A stretch of 64,000 nt of DNA, from NCBI GenBank assembly GCA_029259155.1, contig JAPDJI010000006.1, positions 5,657-69,656 on the forward strand, written 5' to 3'. Each line of letters starts with the position of its first letter. Positions within the stretch are counted from its first letter, which is position 1. Positions 28,181 through 37,286 of the stretch are shown one piece after another. Made by a program: the position numbers and the translations under genes. This DNA comes from Candidatus Methanomethylicia archaeon (GTDB lineage Archaea > Thermoproteota > Methanomethylicia > Nezhaarchaeales > B40-G2). Below the pieces are notes generated by a model. That model was not told where the DNA came from. It was given only the letters and a program-made list of their open reading frames with translations, and did no database searches.

Positions 28181-29209
28181 TTAAAGCGCCTTTGTCTTAA
28201 CTTTCTTCTTCACTCTTTTGGTAGCTTCAACCATTACTTTCAGCTTGGCTATGGCTATGAGGTGGCCTACATCGTCTTTGAAGTATGACTTAAGCCCCCC
28301 AAACCCACAGTCAGGGTGTATGAGAAGCCGGTCGTATCCGTATATTTCTCCAGCCTTATCGATGAAGGCTTCCACTTCATCTACGCTCTCAACCGCCTCG
28401 CTCCAGGCTTTACGTCCGGCAGCTACGTCCAACATTAACTGAGGGTCTGGATTTGAATCTACGCATCCTAGCCCTAAGATCTTATCATAACCCTCCAGTT
28501 TTTTCCTATCATAAGCTTCGAGGTTTTGCGGAGTTGCCTTAAACGCATGGCTAAGTACTGGGAAACCTGACCTTAACAGTAGGTCGGCCACAGGCTGGGC
28601 GTCGCCACAGCAGTGAAGGGACGGAATGGCTCTTGAGAAGGCTTTCACCACTTTATCCAACGCCTCTAATATGACGTCCTCCTTCAAGCCAGCGTAGAGA
28701 GCATAAGGCAGGACAGGCTCGTCTATGGTTATAATCCTGGCCCCCCCTTCATCATATCCCTTAACTATAGAGGCAACGACGTCTGCTAAAGCCAATACCA
28801 CGTCTGGGTACTCCACAGCTCTATGTTCCTTCGTGACCTTAATCACTGACGCTAACGTAACTGGGCCTGTAACCGGAACTTTTAGGCCTATCACTTTCCC
28901 CATCATCCCGCTCTTGGAGAGGTGCTCCATCGCTAAGTCGAGGTACTCTAAGCCAATAGGCTTAGCTGGAGTTTTAGGTTCTCCTACAAGCCAAACTTCA
29001 CCTTCCCTTATCTCTACTCCACAACCCTGCTCAGCTAGTGGCTCGAGGAACATAAGGTTCATGTCGAGGAGTTGGCCGTAACATGGATAATCTATCCCTG
29101 CCTCTACCTGATCTCTCAAGGCTCGAGCCATGTTTTCGTAGGAGTGAGGTAGAGGAAAGCTCCCTATCACTGTGGTTCTAAGCTTCCCGTAAAGCTCCTC
29201 CACCTTCAA
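28181..29209 (-). CDS. Cobalamin-independent methionine synthase-like (MetE C-terminal domain homolog, short archaeal form)
   Basis: N-terminal TTVIGSFPLP and a UROD/MetE-like barrel; 342 aa typical of archaeal MetE-like proteins. Confidence 0.7.
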   Translation of the reverse strand: MKVEELYGKLRTTVIGSFPLPHSYENMARALRDQVEAGIDYPCYGQLLDMNLMFLEPLAEQGCGVEIREGEVWLVGEPKTPAKPIGLEYLDLAMEHLSKSGMMGKVIGLKVPVTGPVTLASVIKVTKEHRAVEYPDVVLALADVVASIVKGYDEGGARIITIDEPVLPYALYAGLKEDVILEALDKVVKAFSRAIPSLHCCGDAQPVADLLLRSGFPVLSHAFKATPQNLEAYDRKKLEGYDKILGLGCVDSNPDPQLMLDVAAGRKAWSEAVESVDEVEAFIDKAGEIYGYDRLLIHPDCGFGGLKSYFKDDVGHLIAIAKLKVMVEATKRVKKKVKTKAL

Positions 29210-29793
29210 CTCTCTACCCCTGCGATGTCTGCTATAGCTCTAAGCAACTTAGCTTTGCAGACCTCGCAGAACTCCGAGGTCTTATAATCGGTGTCAGCTA
29301 TGGTGTTACTGAACCTCATCACGCAGGTTGGGTTATGGCAATGGTTTAGCCCCAGCGTATGTCCAAGCTCGTGTACAGCTTCCTTCAAGGCTCTCTCCAT
29401 AAATAACTCCTCATCAACTCCTCCATACAGGCTTGCTTTGAGCCTAGCTAGGTATATGACGGCGTAGTTTCCCCTTACCTCGGCCTCACCGAAGACAAAG
29501 TTTAAGCCAGGGACGTAGGCATCTACATCAGCTACTCCTAGCACCTTTACGTCCGGCGGCTTAGGGCCGTGAAGCTCCTTTAACGCTTTCATTATCGCCG
29601 GTGATAGGTATTGGTGTCTCCACTCATCGAAAGCCCATGCAGGTAGGTCGAGAACTTCCTCAGCCACCACGCAGGCGGAGCTCGGTATCCTTACTTCCAC
29701 TCCTCTACTTAGGTAATCGAGGACTTCCTTGTTTATCTTGCCTATGGGTTGAAGAAACACCGTTATCCAAGCAGCTTTCACACCCCTGAGCAT
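29206..29793 (-). CDS. amzA: Archaemetzincin (zinc metalloprotease AmzA)
   Basis: HELGHTLGLNHC plus CVMRF...CEVC, the archaemetzincin signature; 4-nt overlap with the metE-like gene. Confidence 0.8.
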   Translation of the reverse strand: MLRGVKAAWITVFLQPIGKINKEVLDYLSRGVEVRIPSSACVVAEEVLDLPAWAFDEWRHQYLSPAIMKALKELHGPKPPDVKVLGVADVDAYVPGLNFVFGEAEVRGNYAVIYLARLKASLYGGVDEELFMERALKEAVHELGHTLGLNHCHNPTCVMRFSNTIADTDYKTSEFCEVCKAKLLRAIADIAGVES

Positions 29794-29797
29794 CTTT

Positions 29798-30886
29798 TTA
29801 CCTCCAAACTCCAGGCCAGTAAGGCGATAGCAGCCGCTTCACCGTGTTGATGGTATCGTCTACGCGGTTTAGCACCCATTTATCCTCAAGTATAACGTCG
29901 TCCTTCACGCTCACCTCTTCTACTCCTGCCAGCACGGCGGTGGCCAAGTAAAATGCCCTAGCCGCTGCTTCAACGTCATATCCGCCAGCGAGCTCTATCA
30001 TTACGCGGCCCTCACATATTTCATCGCTCGCTGAAGCTATTAATCTTGCTACTTCGATGTAACAGCTCATGGTTAGGTCGAGGGAGGTCAAGGGATCGCT
30101 GTAGTAGGTATCTGCGCCTAGAAGGAGAAACAACATGTCAGGTTTAAACGCCTTAAATAAGGGTAGGAAGAGCTCTTTGAGGGCTTTCAAGTATGCTTGG
30201 TTAGAGGTCCCTGGAGGTAAAGGTATGTTTACCGTGAAGCCTCTACCCTCGCCTTCACCTATCTCCTCAGCTCTGCCCGTGCCTGGATAGAGGGTTCTTG
30301 GGTCTTGGTGAAGCGACATGTAGAGCACAGAAGGGTCTTCATAGAAGATCTCATGGATGCCGTTGCCGTGATGAGCATCGCAGTCGAGGACGAATACCTT
30401 TGAGGCCAAGCCTTTACGTTGAACATACCTTATAGCTACAGCCTCCTGATTAAAATAACAAAATCCGAAGGATTTACCTACGTGGCTTCTCGTAGCGTGG
30501 TGGCCACCAAACATCGCGCACTGGACCGCTACGTTAAGCTCGCCCTTCAACACCATCTCGCACCCCTGCATTACCCCGCCTGTCTGTATCAAAGCCCTCT
30601 CGTAGGTTCCTGGAGGCACGGGAGTATCTCCATCAAGCCATCCACCTCTAACGCTAAGGAACTTTATGGCATCCAGCAACGACCTATCATGAACAGCTAG
30701 AAGGTTCTCCTCCGTCGCTACTAAGCTAGTCTCCACCACCCTCACGTTTGGTCGTTCAAGTATTCTGTTCTCCCTAAGGAGTTTCATGTATGCTTCATGG
30801 CGCTCCCTACCCTTAAAGGGATGTAGCTCCCCGAAACTATGTTGAAGCAGCTCCTCTCTATGGAGAATGCCAAGCCTCCGTTTCAT
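29798..30886 (-). CDS. Histone deacetylase-family enzyme (AcuC/acetylpolyamine amidohydrolase-like)
   Basis: VLDCDAHHGNGIHEIF and other HDAC-fold motifs; first gene of the operon with amzA and the metE-like gene. Confidence 0.8.
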   Translation of the reverse strand: MKRRLGILHREELLQHSFGELHPFKGRERHEAYMKLLRENRILERPNVRVVETSLVATEENLLAVHDRSLLDAIKFLSVRGGWLDGDTPVPPGTYERALIQTGGVMQGCEMVLKGELNVAVQCAMFGGHHATRSHVGKSFGFCYFNQEAVAIRYVQRKGLASKVFVLDCDAHHGNGIHEIFYEDPSVLYMSLHQDPRTLYPGTGRAEEIGEGEGRGFTVNIPLPPGTSNQAYLKALKELFLPLFKAFKPDMLFLLLGADTYYSDPLTSLDLTMSCYIEVARLIASASDEICEGRVMIELAGGYDVEAAARAFYLATAVLAGVEEVSVKDDVILEDKWVLNRVDDTINTVKRLLSPYWPGVWR

Positions 30887-30914
30887 CGACGCTCACAACC
30901 CACCTAGACTACGC

Positions 30915-30925
30915 TCAATTTAAGC
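30915..30925 (-). promoter_or_regulatory. Putative BRE/TATA element for the HDAC-amzA-metE-like operon
   Basis: TTAAAT on the minus strand about 30 nt upstream of the ATG at 30886. Confidence 0.3.
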
Positions 30926-31560
30926 CTTAGTAGTGGTGAAGGCTAAAGCTTTCTAGCTTGCCTAGGAAGAGGTTAAAAGTACGCTGTTCTCGCATAAAGC
31001 TGCAAGGGTCCCAAAGATACGTACACGTATCCGTTAAGGGTGACTGACGTATCGATGAATTGATGGATTGAAAGATACATGTAACGCAACCGCATAGGAG
31101 AGCGAAAAACGGAAACCAGGCCCATAACCCATTAAGGAGAAAAAAATTCTCCTTAGCGATTGGTTAGACCGCTCTAAACGACCTGTTCAGATCGTTTTCA
31201 AGACAGCCTTTCCACCAGCCGACCATATAAGGTCTAGCTCTCTAATAACCTACCCGGTTATGGCCAAAAACGTGAATGGCATTTATTCTTCCCTAGTATA
31301 GAAACGTTCCTTCAGAATTTATACTAGAATATAAGTTTCTATGTATAATTTTTCATGTAATTATGGAACCATAATCCCCCCACTCTGGTGTAAACTATTC
31401 TGCCTTTTTCCTTAGAGTGTTATAGTCTATTGAGCGGTCTGGAAACCTTGAAGAGGGATCGCCATGAACTTAAGCTTCAAGCCGGAGGAGGTTTTGTACA
31501 ATGAGGTCGTCGAGTTAATGGTGAGTGGGGATTTAACTGGCTTCTAGGAGGACGTTAAAG

Positions 31561-31573
31561 CTTATTAATTTAG
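31561..31573 (+). promoter_or_regulatory. Putative TATA-like element upstream of uppS
   Basis: cttattaatttag about 30-40 nt upstream of the TTG start at 31602, in an AT-rich intergenic region. Confidence 0.25.
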
Positions 31574-31601
31574 AACTTCATTCTATCGAAGGGTCACAAG
31601 C

Positions 31602-32384
31602 TTGTTAAAGGCCCTACTCAAACTACTACGGATTTACCCACTGTATGAGAAGTGGCTATGGCATCAGGTTAAAGGTAAACCTATACCTCAACACATAGGA
31701 GTTATCCTGGATGGCAACCGTAGGTGGGCTCAGAACAGGCTATACAAGCCGTGGCTAGGCCACTTTTACGGTGCCGATAAGGCAGAGGAGCTCTTAGACT
31801 GGTGTTTGAAGCTGGGTGTGAAGACATTAACGCTCTACGCTTTTTCAACCGAGAACTTCGAGAGGCCTCCTAATGAGGTGGAGGCTATCTTCAAGGTGAT
31901 AGAGGAGAAGCTGCTTAAACTGACGGATGATCCTAGGATCTATAGACATAAAGTAAAGGTTAAACTGCTTGGGAGGCGCGACCTCCTACCACCTAACCTT
32001 AGGAGGCTTTTCGAGGAAGTTGAACGTAAAACCGAAAACTTTGACCAACACTTCCTCAACATAGCTGTAGCCTATGGAGGGAGAGCTGAGATAGCTGACG
32101 CTGTCAAACGTATAGCTGAGGCAGTGGCGCGAGGAGAGATTGCGCCTGAGGAGGTGGACGAGGAGCTCATAGAACGCCACCTATACACGGCACATCTGCC
32201 CAACCCACACCCAGACCTTATCATAAGGACATCGGGTGAGGAGCGGCTTAGCGGCTTTCTCCTATGGCAGTCAGCGTACAGTGAACTATGTTTTCTCGAT
32301 GTCTACTGGCCGGAGTTTAGGAAGATAGACCTCCTTAGAGCAATAAGGGTATATCAGTCTAGGCAACGGAGATTTGGACGCTGA
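31602..32384 (+). CDS. uppS: Undecaprenyl (cis-prenyl) diphosphate synthase
   Basis: HIGVILDGNRRWA and downstream cis-IPPS motifs. Confidence 0.85.
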   Translation: MLKALLKLLRIYPLYEKWLWHQVKGKPIPQHIGVILDGNRRWAQNRLYKPWLGHFYGADKAEELLDWCLKLGVKTLTLYAFSTENFERPPNEVEAIFKVIEEKLLKLTDDPRIYRHKVKVKLLGRRDLLPPNLRRLFEEVERKTENFDQHFLNIAVAYGGRAEIADAVKRIAEAVARGEIAPEEVDEELIERHLYTAHLPNPHPDLIIRTSGEERLSGFLLWQSAYSELCFLDVYWPEFRKIDLLRAIRVYQSRQRRFGR

Positions 32385-32413
32385 GAAAGCCTCAGATTCG
32401 GCCCTGACCATAC

Positions 32414-32842
32414 CTACCTTAAAATGTGCGCCACTTCAACTCCAAGCTTCTGAAGATACCTCGCTATGAAGCGTCTATGACAACCTCTAGGGTTCTCCTC
32501 CAGACAGAGGAGACAGGTACGTTTTTGGCTCGCTAACTTTAACAGCTCTTTTATTCCGTCCTTAAAGCTCTTCGTATCCATGTAGCGTTCAAAGCCTCCG
32601 CGACGGTAGCCTCCAAGCCTATCTCCCATCCATACATAGCTTATCCCAGCTTCCTTAAGCCACCGCTCCATGTTCTCTCGCGCGAAGTCACCCTGCTTGG
32701 ACTTGGGCCACCTCCTGATGTCTACGACTAGCTCTATTCCACTGGCTTTCAACATGCTTAAGACTCGCTCGCGGCTACGTGAGCCATAGCCTATGGTCCA
32801 AATTTTCAAAGCTCTCTCCGTCAATGTCCTGCTCAAATACAT
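32414..32842 (-). CDS. DUF488-family protein
   Basis: IWTIGYGSRS...LVVDIRRWPKSKQGDF...GISYVWMGDRLGG matches DUF488. Confidence 0.6.
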   Translation of the reverse strand: MYLSRTLTERALKIWTIGYGSRSRERVLSMLKASGIELVVDIRRWPKSKQGDFARENMERWLKEAGISYVWMGDRLGGYRRGGFERYMDTKSFKDGIKELLKLASQKRTCLLCLEENPRGCHRRFIARYLQKLGVEVAHILR

Positions 32843-32930
32843 AATATATGGGCTTCACTAATCCTTTTCCTCTGCGTAGCCCTTAAACATGAGCTGTCTT
32901 TTACTATGAGCGAGATACTGGTGGTTTATC

Positions 32931-33545
32931 TTGGACCTCTGGGAGGCTATAAAAACGAGGAGGAGTATCCGTAAGCTTACAGGGGAGTTAAGCTTCAGCA
33001 GCCTCCTTAAACCTTTGGAAGCGGCTAGATGGGCTCCTAGCGCTCATAATGCTCAGCCATGGAGGTTTCTTCTAATTTTAGATCCTCAAGTTAAAAGAAG
33101 CTTGGCTGAAGCTATGGCTGAAGCTTGGGTCAAGGACCTCATAGCCGACGGCGTAGAGAAAGAAGCCGCTGAGAAGGCAGCTTATAGGTCGGTGATGATG
33201 ATTGTCAGTAGCCCAGTTGCTATAGTTGTCTGTTTAACCATGGAAGATATGCAGAAATATCCTGATGAGCGTAGGAGGAGGGCTGAATATTTAATGGCGG
33301 TTCAAAGCGTTGCGGCAGCCGCGCAGAACCTGCTTTTAGCGCTACATGCTGAAGGTCTGGGTGCATGCTGGCTTTGTGCCCCGCTATTTTGCCAGGAAGC
33401 TGTTAGAGGGGCTCTCGGGATCCCAAGCGACGTAGAGCCGCAGGCCTTGGTAATTGTAGGGCGTCCAGCCGAATCCCCCCTCCCCCCGCCTAGGAGGCAG
33501 TTAAATGAGGTGTTGTTCATCAATAGGTGGGGTGTTAAGCCTTGA
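32931..33545 (+). CDS. Nitroreductase-family flavoprotein (FbiB C-terminal domain-like), translationally coupled to cofD
   Basis: RRSIRKL...APSAHNAQPWRF nitroreductase motif; 4-nt overlap with cofD. Confidence 0.7.
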   Translation: MDLWEAIKTRRSIRKLTGELSFSSLLKPLEAARWAPSAHNAQPWRFLLILDPQVKRSLAEAMAEAWVKDLIADGVEKEAAEKAAYRSVMMIVSSPVAIVVCLTMEDMQKYPDERRRRAEYLMAVQSVAAAAQNLLLALHAEGLGACWLCAPLFCQEAVRGALGIPSDVEPQALVIVGRPAESPLPPPRRQLNEVLFINRWGVKP

Positions 33546-34471
33546 TAACGGCGTTGGCAGGTGGTGTAGGAGCCTCAAAGCTCCTTAGAGGCTTGGTGGA
33601 GGTGGTGGATCCCAGAGAGCTCACGGTGATAGTGAATACCGGGGATGATATAGATCTCTTCGGCCTCTATATCTCACCTGACGTGGATATAGTCACATAC
33701 ACCTTAGCCGGCTTGGTGGATGAGGAGAAGGGTTGGGGTTTCAAGGATGATACCTTCCACTGTCTTGAAACGCTGAAGCTTTATGGTTACGATACGTGGT
33801 TTAAGCTTGGCGACCGCGACTTAGCCACCCACATCCATAGGACCTTGTTGATGAAGGCTGGTTTAACGCTGTCTCAAGCCACTGCTATGATCTCTAAAGC
33901 GTTAGGAGTGCGCTCTAAGATACTGCCGATGAGTAACGATAGGGTCACCTCTATGGTCAAGACGGACCGTGGCGTGATGACTTTTGAGGAGTACTTGGTC
34001 AAGCATAGCATGGTCCCTGAAGTACGAGATGTGTTCTACGCAGGGGTCGAGGATGCTAAACCTGCTCCAGGAGTGGTTGAAGCGTTGGAGGAGGCTAAGG
34101 TTATCGTGATATGTCCAAGCAACCCTGTGGTCAGCATAGGTCCTATACTATCTATCCGAGGTGTACGTGATGCTCTGCGACGTGCTCAGGCTAGGATAGT
34201 GGCGGTATCTCCAATTATAGGCGGCAGGCCTGTAAAGGGGCCAGCTGACAAATTGATGAGAGCATTAGGAGTAGAGGTATCAGCTTACGGAGTGGCTGAA
34301 ATGTACAGGGATTTTCTGGATATCATGTTAATAGACGAGGCGGACGTTAAGCTTAGACCGAGGATAGAGACGCTGGGCATTAAGGTTGCGGCCACCTCGA
34401 CCTTAATGAAGAGCCTCGAAGATAAAATTAGGCTAGCCAGGTTAGTCCTTAAGGAAGGGCTTAAGCATTAA
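33542..34471 (+). CDS. cofD: 2-phospho-L-lactate transferase (F420 biosynthesis)
   Basis: ALAGGVGASKLLRGL N-terminus and the TGDDIDLFGLYISPD region typical of CofD/FbiA. Confidence 0.8.
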   Translation: MITALAGGVGASKLLRGLVEVVDPRELTVIVNTGDDIDLFGLYISPDVDIVTYTLAGLVDEEKGWGFKDDTFHCLETLKLYGYDTWFKLGDRDLATHIHRTLLMKAGLTLSQATAMISKALGVRSKILPMSNDRVTSMVKTDRGVMTFEEYLVKHSMVPEVRDVFYAGVEDAKPAPGVVEALEEAKVIVICPSNPVVSIGPILSIRGVRDALRRAQARIVAVSPIIGGRPVKGPADKLMRALGVEVSAYGVAEMYRDFLDIMLIDEADVKLRPRIETLGIKVAATSTLMKSLEDKIRLARLVLKEGLKH

Positions 34472-34678
34472 CGTGAAAGCCCCTCCAGAATGGAAACTAG
34501 GTACTCCTTAAACTTCTTGAATAATGCTCTTCCAGCCTTGGTTGGGTAGCACCTCTAACCGTTATGTTCTATGAAGGGCATGTCCAGTATTGATGCTCTC
34601 TTTACTTGGAAATCCGCCTTGCTTGAAGCATGAGTAAAAGAATAAAGTTAAAAGTAGCCTACCTGTTAGCTGGGCTCC

Positions 34679-35323
34679 ATGTTGAAGGTTTTTGCTGCTG
34701 TCCCGGTTAAGGAGCTATCTTCAGCCAAGACTAGGCTATCTAAGTTACTATCCCCCGACTTCAAGGAGGTCTTTGTCTTAGCTATGTTGAGAGACGTATT
34801 GGATGCTTTAATGTCATCGAGCTCCCTGAGTGAAGTGATGGTGATTTCCTCAGACCCTGAAATATTAGAGGAGGCTTCAAGGCGAGGAGCCGTAGGGATC
34901 GATGAAGGGGAGCCTAGAGGGATCAATGAGGCTTTAAGGTTGGCGGTCGATGAGGCCTTAAGACGGGGCGCTGAGGCATTGCTTATCGTGCCGTGCGATG
35001 TCCCTCTCATTAAGGCCTCAGACATAGAAAAGTTGATGAGCTTCTTGGAGCCCCCTCCTTCCATGGTTATTTCCCCCTCAAAAAATAGGGAAGGTACCAA
35101 TGCTTTGCTCCTGGCTCCCCCGAACGTCATAGCTCTTCGTTTTGGCCCTCAAAGTTTCCAGAACCATTTAGAGGAGGCGTCTTTAAGAGGGGTCAACGTA
35201 AAGATCTACGAGTCTTCAAGCCTGGCGCTGGATATAGATGAGGAGGAAGACCTTCAGATCCTAAAGCGGATGAAGGGAGAGGGACGTGTCATAGCTCTCC
35301 TAGAGTCTTTTGGTTTTCGATAA
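34679..35323 (+). CDS. cofC: 2-phospho-L-lactate guanylyltransferase (F420 biosynthesis)
   Basis: MLKVFAAVPVKELSSAKTRLS N-terminus and MobA-like NTP-transferase fold typical of CofC/FbiD. Confidence 0.7.
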   Translation: MLKVFAAVPVKELSSAKTRLSKLLSPDFKEVFVLAMLRDVLDALMSSSSLSEVMVISSDPEILEEASRRGAVGIDEGEPRGINEALRLAVDEALRRGAEALLIVPCDVPLIKASDIEKLMSFLEPPPSMVISPSKNREGTNALLLAPPNVIALRFGPQSFQNHLEEASLRGVNVKIYESSSLALDIDEEEDLQILKRMKGEGRVIALLESFGFR

Positions 35324-35416
35324 CTCTTTGATGTAACCAGCAGGGCGTTTTGGTCCCGGGACACTTTTTAAAGAGCCTTCTACGTAACAAGTTTTGACGG
35401 TTGGAGGCGCGGTGTT

Positions 35417-35872
35417 TTGGAGAAGCGGATGAGTTGGGACGAGTACTTTATGGAGATGGCCAAGCTGGTCAGTAAGCGTAGTACCTGTTTAAGGAGGCAT
35501 ACGGGCGCTGTGCTCGTGAAGGATAACCGTATAATTGCTACTGGCTATAATGGAGCCCCTAAAGGGTTACCCCACTGCGCGGAGGTTGGCTGTATGAGGG
35601 AGGCTTTAAAGGTGCCTTCAGGTCAGCGACATGAGCTCTGTAGAGGGCTACATGCGGAGCAGAACGCCATTATTCAGGCAGCGGTGTTCGGCGTAAGCAC
35701 TAGGGGCGCTACGCTGTACACTACGACCTATCCCTGCGTGATATGCGCCAAGATGATTATTAATGCCGAGATCGGGGAGGTAGTGTACGATGACGACTAC
35801 GAGGACGACTTAGCCAAGCGAATGCTCAGCGAGGCGAGGATTAAGGTTAGGAGGTTTAAGACACGACGCTAG
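35417..35872 (+). CDS. dCMP/cytidine deaminase family zinc enzyme
   Basis: HAEQNAI and PCVICAKMI zinc-binding motifs. Confidence 0.75.
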   Translation: MEKRMSWDEYFMEMAKLVSKRSTCLRRHTGAVLVKDNRIIATGYNGAPKGLPHCAEVGCMREALKVPSGQRHELCRGLHAEQNAIIQAAVFGVSTRGATLYTTTYPCVICAKMIINAEIGEVVYDDDYEDDLAKRMLSEARIKVRRFKTRR

Positions 35873-37286
35873 CAGCCCGCTCCGCTGCCTCGATCAACGG
35901 GTCTGGATGTAGGCCTAGGGCGAGGCAGATCAAGGCCAGGGCGAACATGGGTATTAGCATGGCGAACGATACTCTAACCCTCCCCAGCCTCCTGCGGGTC
36001 AACATGACTCGGTTGATAAAGCGGAGCCAAGCAGCTGAGAACACCGCCATCATCACCGCTGCGGCCACGGTGGGCGCCAGTAGCCCCACGTCGACCCCGG
36101 CCATGTAAATGAGGAGCTCGCTCACGAATATGTTCAGGCCAGGGATGCCGATGATGGATAAGGAACCTATAAGTCCCGCTGCGCTAGCCTCAGGCATGAA
36201 CCATAGCATGTCGCCCAGCGTCCTAATGTTCCTGACCTTCACCTCATGGACTATGCAACCAGCGTAGAGGAAGAGGAGGCTCTTCACTATCTCATGGTTC
36301 AAGGTGTGAGCCACTGCTGCTACAGCCGCTCCGTGAGCGAAGAGGCCTAGGGCGAAGACCACTAAGCCCATCTCGTTGATGCTTGAGTAAGCCATGAAGC
36401 GCTTGATGTCAAGCTGAGAGAAGGATAGAATGGCTGTGTAGCTAAGCATCGCAAGCCCACATCCCCACACTAGCCAGCTAACTGACCTCAATGACTCTAG
36501 GCTCCAGCAGCCATACAATATCCTTAGGAAGCCGTAGGCCGCGACCTCTATCATCAACCCTGATAGCATGGCGCTGACGGGTGCGGGTGCTTCTGAGTGA
36601 GCATCAGGGAGCCATACGTGAAGCAGGGGGATCACGCCCATCTTAATCAGTAAGCCTATGGACACGGAGGCCGCTGCGAAGACTTCAAGGGGGCTGTCTA
36701 GGCCAAGTTCCTTCACGGCCAGGAGGTTAAAGGTCCCCTTTAAGGCGTAGAGCGATAGCAGGCCGAAGAGGAGGGTTGTTGAGGCCACGTGGGAGATGAG
36801 TAAGTATAGCATCGCTGCCCTAGGTGCCTCAGCGCCCTCCCCGTAAAGGTGAATGAGGGCGTAAGAAGACCAGACCATGAGCTCCCAGAAGAGGTAGAAG
36901 GCTATCATGTCCACTGACATCAAGCATCCAATCATGCCTGAGGTGAAGAGCAGGAGGAGGCCGCTGTAGAGCTGAGAGCCGTGCTCCACATACTTAGTGC
37001 TGTAGGTTAGGCAGGCGTGGCTGATGAAGGAGGCTAGTACCACGAAGGCCGCATTAAGCTCGTCGAAGCACAGCAGCCAGCTAAAGGCCAGCGAGCCTCC
37101 GTGGCCCCAGGAAGCCTCGAAGCACGCTCCCCCTTGGAGGTAGAGCTTGGTCGATAAGGTAAGCGCGGCAATCAACGCGGTGAGCGCAGCGGCCCAGGCC
37201 GCTGTTGGTGGAAGCTTACGCGAGCAGAGCGTATTGAAGCAGCCCACGGCAAGGGGGATTAATAGAATTAAGGCAGCCTCAAACAT
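35856..37286 (-). CDS. Complex I/Mrp antiporter-like subunit, NuoM/MrpD-like
   Basis: [23 protein letters not shown] closely matches the NuoM signature; 14 TM. Confidence 0.7.
   Translation of the reverse strand: MFEAALILLIPLAVGCFNTLCSRKLPPTAAWAAALTALIAALTLSTKLYLQGGACFEASWGHGGSLAFSWLLCFDELNAAFVVLASFISHACLTYSTKYVEHGSQLYSGLLLLFTSGMIGCLMSVDMIAFYLFWELMVWSSYALIHLYGEGAEAPRAAMLYLLISHVASTTLLFGLLSLYALKGTFNLLAVKELGLDSPLEVFAAASVSIGLLIKMGVIPLLHVWLPDAHSEAPAPVSAMLSGLMIEVAAYGFLRILYGCWSLESLRSVSWLVWGCGLAMLSYTAILSFSQLDIKRFMAYSSINEMGLVVFALGLFAHGAAVAAVAHTLNHEIVKSLLFLYAGCIVHEVKVRNIRTLGDMLWFMPEASAAGLIGSLSIIGIPGLNIFVSELLIYMAGVDVGLLAPTVAAAVMMAVFSAAWLRFINRVMLTRRRLGRVRVSFAMLIPMFALALICLALGLHPDPLIEAAERAASVVS
36559..36623. 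repeat. 65-nt tract identical to 38495..38559 (inside paralogous antiporter-like genes)
   Basis: cctgatagcatggcgctgacgggtgcgggtgcttctgagtgagcatcagggagccatacgtgaag occurs in both genes; identity extends to about 72 nt with one mismatch. Confidence 0.9.

Noticed and set aside
31160-31200. Possible tRNA (GTTCAGATC resembling a T-loop)
   Set aside because: No acceptor stem, D-arm or anticodon arm can be drawn around it on either strand.
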